A stretch of DNA of 63,481 nt, the filler included, from Thraustochytrium aureum (Eukaryota), in assembly GCA_012862495.1 (NCBI GenBank). It is 5 parts of 4 records of this genome, joined end to end, with 100 filler letters (N's around TTAATTAATTAA, not from the genome) between each part and the next. Parts side by side here need not be neighbours in the genome. Positions count along the whole stretch, not along the records: positions 50,309 to 61,800 come from BLSG01000254.1; positions 61,901 to 63,481 come from BLSG01000270.1; 3 more parts are not named here. One strand, written 5' to 3'. The notes beneath the pieces were generated by a model that was not told where the DNA came from, ran no database searches, and saw only the letters and a program-made list of their open reading frames with translations. This document shows, piece after piece, positions 56,127-63,481 of the stretch. The position numbers were made by a program, and so were the translations under genes. Numbering within the stretch: the stretch's first letter is position 1; each line of letters begins with the position of its first letter.

Positions 56127-56624
56127 TTAGTCGGTGCGCAAGATGATGTGGAACCCGGATTCCGTCTCGATGATGCCGCTCATCTCGTTCACGGCCAAGT
56201 GGAACGCAGCGCGCTCAAACTCGGGCTGCATCTTTTGCTTGCCAAACCTGCCGAGGTCGCCGCCGCGCTTGGCGCTGCTGCAGTCGCTGCTCTCTTTGGC
56301 GAGCTCCGCAAACTTGCTCGGGTCGGCCTTGAGCGCTGCCTGGAACTCTTTCAGCTGCTCAATCGCCTCCTCCGCGGTGCGCGTGATCTTGGTCCCCGTG
56401 CGCCGGCTCACCGGGTTGCGCGACCCTTCATGCTTGAGCAGAATATGGCTCGCCTTGACCTTGTCCGGTAACCGAAGGTGCCTGTCTGGTTTCTCCCACC
56501 TCGCCACGCGCGAAAACTCGTTGAAGAAGTAGACCGCTCCAGGATTGCTCGCGCTCTCCATCACGACCCACCCGGGCGGGAGCCCGAGCACTTCGGCGGG
56601 GTCCACGTCGGCGTCCTCGCCCAT
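56127..56624 (-). CDS. PIN1: Pin1/Ess1 peptidyl-prolyl isomerase (WW + parvulin)
   Basis: WW LPPGW...YFFN...WEKP; PPIase VKASHILLKH.GSR.P, SDCSSAKRGGDLG, MQPEFE.AAF, SGFHIILRT. Confidence 0.96.
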   Translation of the reverse strand: MGEDADVDPAEVLGLPPGWVVMESASNPGAVYFFNEFSRVARWEKPDRHLRLPDKVKASHILLKHEGSRNPVSRRTGTKITRTAEEAIEQLKEFQAALKADPSKFAELAKESSDCSSAKRGGDLGRFGKQKMQPEFERAAFHLAVNEMSGIIETESGFHIILRTD

Positions 56625-57086
56625 TTTTTTCTCCCAACCGCAACTCCCAAACGAATCCGACAAGACCAAAAAAGCAAGGCAGCCGCCGCGCAAGGCGGCT
56701 ACCGCAGCGCAAGCTGGCTCAAGCGCCGCGCTCCCACAGCCAGCCCGCGACAGCACCGATCAATGCGCCCGCCTCGCCTGGCCGCGGCTCTCCTGGCGCA
56801 ATGCAGCTCTGCCCTGTCCAAGCGCACCGCGAGAACAGAGAGAAGAAATACATCGATGTATAAAGAACTCTTCACCAATAGCTCTTTGTTCTTCGGCAAG
56901 AATCGTTAGTGTTACAAATGGTAATACAAAAACGGGCGAGTGTGCAACGAACTGTTCTTGAGCGGAGTTGGGCAGATAGTTGGGTCTCTTTTTCCGCTGT
57001 GGTCTCTTTGTTTCGCTGTGGTCGCGTTTCGTTGTCCTGGCCTCGCACCAGACCAAGATCGATCGACCTCTTCGACCTGGCGGAGC

Positions 57087-57171
57087 TGCCCTTGCTCGCT
57101 TGGCTGCATTCGCTCGACGCTGCTTGCGTGCCCTTGCTCGACGCTGCTTGCGTGCATTCGCTCGACGCTGC
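57087..57171. repeat. 24-bp tandem repeat TGC(ATTC/CCTT)GCTCGACGCTGCTTGCG, about three copies
   Basis: Units at 57105, 57129, 57153 plus a truncated unit at 57087. Confidence 0.85.
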
Positions 57172-57268
57172 CCGGCCTCTTGATCACTCGGGCCAAGCAG
57201 GGCTTGGTCGACGCGACTGGCGACAGCGCGTTGTCGCTTGGTTGCCTGCGGTTGTGGTGGACGCCAAG

Positions 57269-57990
57269 ATGTGCGGAGCAATGACGAACATCATGGCGCA
57301 CCTGTACCTCCTGTCGTGGGAGGTCGTGTTTGCGATCCCTGCGATTGTGTGAGTTGGACCTGGTGCGGGCGCAAGCTGGAGCAGATTGCGTGGTTTGCCT
57401 CGGGCTTGTTCTGACAGGAAGCGCAGACTGTTCAACACGAGCGATGAAAACCTGCCCTCCGGGCTGGCCTTTTTCATCGCCGTGGTGGCGATCGCGATCT
57501 TGGGGTTTGTCTTTGTGAGCATGCGCGCGTGCTGCGGCTGGTGCTTTGCGACACGGTGGATCGCCAACCTGCTGCTGATCATCTACGTAATGTGAGTTGC
57601 GCCTTGAACTCGTTGGCGCGGTGCCGGGCTCGGTCGCGACCCGGCGAGCGACGAGCGAGTTTGCTGACGCTCGCTCTGGATCGCAGCCTGCAGCTTGCCG
57701 TTTGCGGGTGGAGCTGCTATTTTGCGTACGTCTACATCTCGCCCTTTGCGCAGACGGGCGGGTTTGACGCGTTCTTCGAAAGCGAAAGCGACTACTTTAC
57801 GATGTCGCAGGAGGCCACGCGCATTTGGTACATCATCGGTGCGATTGCATCGTGCTTCCTCGCGGTGTTTGCCCTCTTCGCAGTCTGCTCGGCAGTGCAC
57901 ATCATGAGCCCGGACAAGGTCAAGCGCGAAAAGAGCAAGTCGCGCGAGGAGACGGAACCGCTCATCGGCCAAGGGATCCAGTACGCCTAG
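57269..57990 (+). CDS. Three-exon four-TM membrane protein (exons 57269-57348, 57427-57591, 57687-57990)
   Basis: Two GTGAGT...CTGAC...GCAG introns (78 and 95 nt) join three hydrophobic segments in frame; tail contains ETEPLI. Confidence 0.8.
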
Positions 57991-58172
57991 CTAGTAGGAT
58001 TACGCTGCACGCTACTCACTGCCCGAGACAAGCCAGTAGTTGGCGTGGGCTTGGGGAGCAGAGTATCGAAAAGCAAGACGCAACCAGACAGACCACTTTA
58101 TCATTCGTTGTACTAAGCTGTGGCGCAGAGCGGCGCCCGGAAACCACTGCGTATGCCGCGATCAGACCCCGT

Positions 58173-61100
58173 TTAAATGTCAAACCAGCGCTTGGGCTTG
58201 TCGCGCTGTGCGCTGTCGCCTGAGAACATCGACTTTTTGTACTGCTCCACGAGCTTGCGGTACTCGCCAGAGTCAGCGGAAGGCCCCGAGCTAGCATTTG
58301 CGTTGCCCTTTGCGCTGCCCTTTGCGCTGCCGCTCTTCTCCTCCTTGGCGGCTTTAGGCGCGCCCTTGCGCGGCGGCTTGGCCTTCTTGGCTGAACTCTG
58401 ACTTTCGCCCACTTCGCCGCGATCGGCCTTTCGGCCCTTGACACCGCGTTTGGGTGGTTCGTGCGAGCTAGCTGCCTGCAAGCCCTCCCGTTTCTCCTTG
58501 CGGGACGGGCGCGCCCGCTTGGGGTGGCGGCTGTCGCCATCTCTGCCAGACTCGTCGGAAGGAGCAGCGCGCTTTGCAGCACGAGCCTTTGTCGCTTGGT
58601 CCTTCTCGTCACTCTTTTGACGCGCAGCAAATGCGAGCGCGCGTTCCGCGTTGCCCTGCATTTTGTTGCGAACGTGCTGCTTGTCGAGCCGATCCTGGCG
58701 CTGGCGCAGCTTGGCGCTGTTCTCCACCGCAAACTCAAGCACCAAGCGCGCGCGCTCGCGCTTGCCCACCTTCATGGCGCGGGGCCCGCCTGCGGCCAGG
58801 AAGGCATAGTCGGGGTTGTTGTTGAGCAGGCGCAGCGCCGCCAGGGCGTGCACGTGCTCCGTGAACTCGACAAACCCGTACCCCTTGGAGCGTCCGACCT
58901 GGCGGCGCTGCTTCTTCTTTGCACTTGGACCTTTGCTTGCCAGCGCAGCATCCACCTCGCCCTCGCTCTCAGGCGCCGCGTCGTCGCACAAGATGCGCGC
59001 TGCCTTGACCACCGGCGTTGGCTTGTTCTCAGGCCAGCCGGCCGGGAAGAGTTTGCGGTCGCCCTCGTTGGCGCCCACCAAGCCCTCGCGGATCCCCTGC
59101 ACCGCCGCGTCGCGAAACACCTTTTTCAGCTGCGCCGCAGTCACGGCCGGCTCGCTGCCGTCCGCAGAGCCGCGGAATAGGTTGCGGACAGAGAGACGCG
59201 TCGGCGACACAAAGAAGAGCGGGCTGCGCAGCTTGGTCTTCTTCTCCTTTTCTGCGCGCTCGCGCTTGGCCAGGTCTGACTTGGGCACTTCGACCTCGTC
59301 GTCGGCCTGGATGGCGCCCTCGCGCGCGAGGTAAAGGTGCCGTTTGTCCGACTTGACTTTCTCCCCCGTGCCGTCGGCCAGCTCCTTGGCCAGCTTGCGC
59401 TCTATGGCGACCGTCACGTAGAGCGGCCTGCCGGCCAGCGTGATCCCGGCGCCGCCGCGCTGCGCGTCGGGAATCGACACGAGCTTGCGGCGGGCCTCCT
59501 CGTTGGGCCTTTTCGCATTCTTCTCCTTGTCGTCTTTGCCTGCCAAGGGCACCTCCTCGGCAACCTTGAGCGCGCGCTCAAGCGCGGCGCGCTTGTAAAA
59601 GTTGACGAATCCAGTTCCGCGGCTCCGCCCGTCTGCGCCGCGCGTCAGCTTGACGTAGCGCACGCCCCCATATGTCTTGAAGGCGTCGAACAGCTCGTCC
59701 TCGGTGGTTTCGAAGAGGATGTTGCGAACAAAAAGGGTGAGCCCCATCTCGCTGGCGCGCTTGTCTTCCACGGATTCGTGACGTTCCACCTCGTCCTTCT
59801 CGTCCATTTCATCGTCGTCCGATTCGCCTTCGTCTTCGTCTTCGTCCTCGGCTTGGTCCTTGTCGTCTTCGTCAAGTTCTTCGCTGCTGCTGTCCGCTNN
59901 NNNNNNNNNNNNNNNNNNNNNNNNNNNNNNNNNNNNNNNNNNNNNNNNNNNNNNNNNNNNNNNNNNNNNNNNNNNNNNNNNNNNNNNNNNNNNNNNNNNN
60001 NNNNNNNNNNNNNNNNNNNNNNNNNNNNNNNNNNNNNNNNNNNNNNNNNNNNNNNNNNNNNNNNNNNNNNNNNNNNNNNNNNNNNNNNNNNNNNNNNNNN
60101 NNNNNNNNNNNNNNNNNNNNNNNNNNNNNNNNNNNNNNNNNNNNNNNNNNNNNNNNNNNNNNNNNNNNNNNNNNNNNNNNNNNNNNNNNNNNNNNNNNNN
60201 NNNNNNNGCTGCCACTCTCGGGGCTCGGCGGCAGGGTTGGCGGGTTGAGCTGCTTGCTTGCGGACCATGCGCTCGTAGTCGTCCTTGCTGAGCGCCCAGT
60301 CGACGGCCACGATGCGCTTCCCGACTTTGGTGCCGTTCACCTTGTCCAGCGCAGCCTGCGCGTCGACACGGCAAGCGAACTGGACAAAGGCGAACCCGCG
60401 AGATTTTTTCTTGTCAGGCTCTCCCTCGTCCGAGCTCGGGCTCTTGCTGAGGCGGACCTCCAACACGGGGCCGTGTGCTTGGAAGGCCTCGAGCAGGGTC
60501 TTCTCAGAAATGCCAAACTCGACGTTTCGCACGATCAGGCGGCACTTGGCCTGCGTTTTGGCGTTGTGCGCCATCTTATTGACGCGGCGGCACTGCACGA
60601 GCGCGGTGGCGCTGGCCGCCTCCCACTGCTTGCCCGTGAGCTTGCTGGTCGCCATCGAGGCGCTCGTGCGCTTGGTGTACACCACGAGTGCGCTCCGCTT
60701 CTCCTCGGGGAAGGGGGCGTCGCCAGTGTGGTAGGGCATCTGAACAAAGTTTACTTTGCCGGCCTTGCCAGCCTTTTTCCTGACCTGGGCCTCCGTGATG
60801 CCGGCCGGGAGGTTGAAAAAAACAACAGAGCAATCCCGCAAGAGGGCCTCCGTTTTCGCGACGGTTGTCCCCTCCTCGCCGTCCTGGTCGTCGTCAGCTT
60901 CGCCCTCGCTGGCATCGTCCTTGGCACCTGCACTCTCGTCTGCCTTCTCCTCCTCGCCGCCGTGAGTAACGACGGAATTGCGGGCCAGCTCCCGGAAGAC
61001 CGCGGGCACCCCTGCGTGCTTGCGGCCCTTGTGCTGCTCGTCGCCCTGGCCGCGCAGGGCACCAGGCCTCTTCGCGCCTGCGCCTGCGCTCGGCTCTCGT

Positions 61101-61369
61101 TTGTACCCGCGCTTCTCCGCGACCTCGAGCAGCATGGCCTTCCCAGCGAGCTCCTTGCCGTGCAGCCGCTTGACGGCCTCTGCCGCGTCTTCAGCCAGCG
61201 CGTACTGGACAAACCCGAACCCGCGGCTCTTGCCCTTGTTGGGCCCATCTTTCTCGACCACGATGAACGCCGACTTGACAGGGCCAATCTCGGCAAACAC
61301 CTCGTTCATTTCATCGGTATGCACGCCTGGCGCAAGACCGCGCACGAACACGGTGTCCTTGCCGTCCAT
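58173..61369 (-). CDS. RBM28: RBM28/Nop4 nucleolar multi-RRM protein; internal gap
   Basis: RRMs (TVFVRGL...SRGFGFVQY; RLIVRNV...SRGFAFVQF; TLFVRNI...GTGFVNF), DKRHLYLAREG, FVSPTRLSVRNL, SKGYGFVEF..H.HAL.ALR.LNNN, LEFAVEN. Confidence 0.93.
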
Positions 61370-61844
61370 TTTCGCACGTCCCAGCCAGCACCACCACCAC
61401 CACCACCACCACCAGCACTAGCAGCTGCGTCTCCGCGTCGACCTCCTCGCCGGCGCTTCAACCAGCTCGCTCGCGTCCCGTCCCGCGCCCGCCCGGCGTC
61501 GGATCCGCGCGGAATCCGCCGCAAAAAAAAACCAGCCGGACCGCCAGCCGCAGCCCGCAAGCAGGCAAGTAAGCAAGCAAGCCGGCACGACCAATGGCGC
61601 GAGGGCAAGTGCGCGGGCAGGCAGGCAGGCAGGCAGGCAGGTGCCTGGGCGACGCAGGCAGGCCCTGCGCAATGGGCTCTGCAAGCACTCGATCGTTCAG
61701 GCGCCAACGCAATGCGTTCCGCAGGTCAACGCCAGGGAGCAGCACCTTGTTCTTAACGGGAACAGCACCTTGTTCCGCGCACCTCTCCCTCGTGATGAGC
61801 NNNNNNNNNNNNNNNNNNNNNNNNNNNNNNNNNNNNNNNNNNNN

Positions 61845-61856
61845 TTAATTAATTAA
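61845..61856. other. Artificial scaffold linker TTAATTAATTAA
   Basis: Six-frame-stop 12-mer between N pads. Confidence 0.95.
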
Positions 61857-61938
61857 NNNNNNNNNNNNNNNNNNNNNNNNNNNNNNNNNNNNNNNNNNNN
61901 GGGCCCGACAGCTAGCCGCTGGGCCCGACACGCGGCAG

Positions 61939-63386
61939 CTAGTCGCTGGGCTCGACACGCGGCAGCTCCACGAAAACGGCGAAGAGGAAGCGCTCCATTG
62001 CGAAGCGCGCGGCTTGCGCGCACGGAGACGAGCTGTAGAGGTCGCAGTTGTGCGAGCCGCCCGGGATGCCCACGAGCGCGTGGCGGACGCCGTGCTGCTT
62101 GAGGAGATCCCTTAACGCCTCCGCGTGGCTAGCAGGCACGAGGGGGTCGGCGAGGCCGTGCAGCATGAGCGTGGGCGGCGAGCGCGGGCTGGCCAGCGCA
62201 AGCGGCGAGAGGTCCCGCAGACAGGCCTCCCTGTCGGACACGTCGCGGCAAAGCGTCGACGCGATCCCCCAACCACCGAAGCGAGCAGCTGCTGGTACGG
62301 GGTTTTGGCGAGTCGCTCGAGCTCGGCATGGCGCAGCTCCGTCGGCCCGTAAAAGGAAACGACGCCCTTGATGTGCTCCGTGAGAGGCTTCGCTTGGTAA
62401 GCCAGCGACAGGCTCAGGTGCGCGCCTGCGGAGATCCCCCACATGACCAGGCGGTCGCCGTCGCAGCCCCAGTCGGCCGCGCGCTCGACGATAAACTCCA
62501 CTGCGTCGACGAGGTCCTCGAGCATGTCGTGGCCCCCTGCCCCTGCGCAGAGCAGTCGGTATGAGACGGCCACGATCGCGACTCCGCTGTCAAGCAGGTG
62601 CAAGGGAATGCCGCCGCCCTGGTTGTTGGCAACAAAGTTGCTCGGCCCGCCGGCGCTCCATGACCCGCCGTGGACAAAGACGACGATCGGCATCCGGCCT
62701 GGCGCCCCTCCGTTGGGGCCAGGGACCGAGTGAGCCCCTGGGCCGGGCAGGAAGACGTCAAGCTCGAGGCGGCCAGCCCGCTGCTGCACCGCGTTGTGGC
62801 GCAAGACAGAGTTGGGCAGGATCTCAAAAACGCTCGTGCAGCCATCGGCTGGGTCCACTTGCTTGAACTGGAACGTGTGGTTCGCGCGGAGGTGGCGCCC
62901 GCTCCACCCGTGGCGGTCCCAAAGGTGATCCTCCAAATGGTACGGGTGCGAGAGCGGTTCCTTGGTGAACGTCTGGTTGCCAAACGCCGCGATCACGGTG
63001 TCGGCCATCTCGTCATGAGCTAGATGCAGCTCCCAGCGCAGCTCCAGCCAGGCCGCCGGGGAGGCGACGAGGAGGACAAGCGCGAGAAACCGGTCGCAGC
63101 GCCGGTGCTTGGGCCACAGAACACCGGCGCTCAACCCCCCCGTCAGCAGCAGCGCCACCAAGCTGGCCAGGAGCAGGGCCGGGGTCGCGTCCCCGTCGAA
63201 AAACCACGACACCCCTCGAAAGACCTCCTCCGCGGCAAACAGGAACGTCAGCCTCAGCGGGAGCAGCGCCGCCAGCCAGGACAGAGGCTGCACGGGCAGC
63301 ACGGCGAGCCCGTCAAACATAACGAGCCGCACGAGCGCAGCGAGGCCCGCGACCCGCAGCACGAGTCGCGCCGTTGACCCTGCCAT
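61939..63386 (-). CDS. Membrane-anchored alpha/beta-hydrolase esterase (HSL/BD-FAE-like); frameshift near 62260
   Basis: LELDVFLP, VVFVHGGSW, VSYRL, WGISAGAHL nucleophile elbow, MLHGLADPLVP (Asp), GGSH (His); N-terminal TM helices. Confidence 0.88.
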
Positions 63387-63481
63387 TCCCGGCGCGCCTG
63401 AGCCCGCCCGCGCCAGCAGCAGTGCGTCCCCGTGCAATCAACCAACCACGCCGCGGTCAGCCAGCCCTCGCGCACTCCGCT

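Noticed and set aside
26044..61856. Four identical TTAATTAATTAA palindromes as a biological repeat or piggyBac TTAA sites
   Set aside because: Each sits between N pads and gives stops in all six frames, which is a concatenation linker.
4269..63386. Pervasive frameshifts as programmed frameshifting, RNA editing or mass pseudogenisation
   Set aside because: The sites I examined (36020 missing T, 34995 extra G, 49143 missing G, 49625 missing T, 27442 missing G) are +/-1 changes at homopolymers in otherwise intact genes, with no shared slippery motif. Sequencing error is far more likely; accurate DNA and RNA reads would settle it.
1..63481. tRNA, rRNA, snRNA, TPP riboswitch, SECIS/selenoprotein, transposase or viral genes
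   Set aside because: Visual search found no T-loop or cloverleaf, no U1/U2/U5/U6 signature, no in-frame TGA at a conserved Cys and no mobile-element protein motifs. A covariance-model scan could still find divergent RNAs.

Overview
GC-rich, intron-poor eukaryotic nuclear DNA. Gene content and style suggest a stramenopile, probably a thraustochytrid/labyrinthulomycete (inference, not verified). The window is not one locus: four artificial N-padded TTAATTAATTAA linkers (26044, 30991, 50253, 61845) join five separate scaffolds, so adjacency across them means nothing. There are many N gaps, at least two probably spurious, and most long genes carry single-base indels, typically in short homopolymers, as expected from pyrosequencing-type errors. 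About 27 protein-coding genes are supportable: cytochrome b5, membrin SNARE, EHD, CDP-alcohol phosphatidyltransferase, MAPEG, TTL-like, SNF2 ATPase with C-terminal Zn fingers, NASP, HAD, EDR2-C, NACHT-ankyrin NLR-like, SGNH hydrolase, KDM4-like, RADX-like OB protein, Lnt-like acyltransferase, Gfo/Idh/MocA, fused carbamoyl-phosphate synthetase, P/U-type cyclin, TKL kinase, nicastrin, CHD fragment, a conserved uncharacterised protein, Pin1, a 3-exon 4-TM protein, RBM28, an esterase and one unknown partial gene. I found no tRNA, rRNA, CRISPR array or transposase. Best leads: (1) a composite non-coding element at 45049-45346 with 21-bp telomere-core repeats, palindromes and an AT-rich block; (2) the NLR-like NACHT-ANK gene; (3) the Lnt-like enzyme and the actinobacterial-like uncharacterised protein; (4) strict strand alternation of genes, with AT-rich or repeat islands in most sequenced divergent spacers; (5) unusual chromatin-protein architectures. 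None of these proves a new system from sequence alone.
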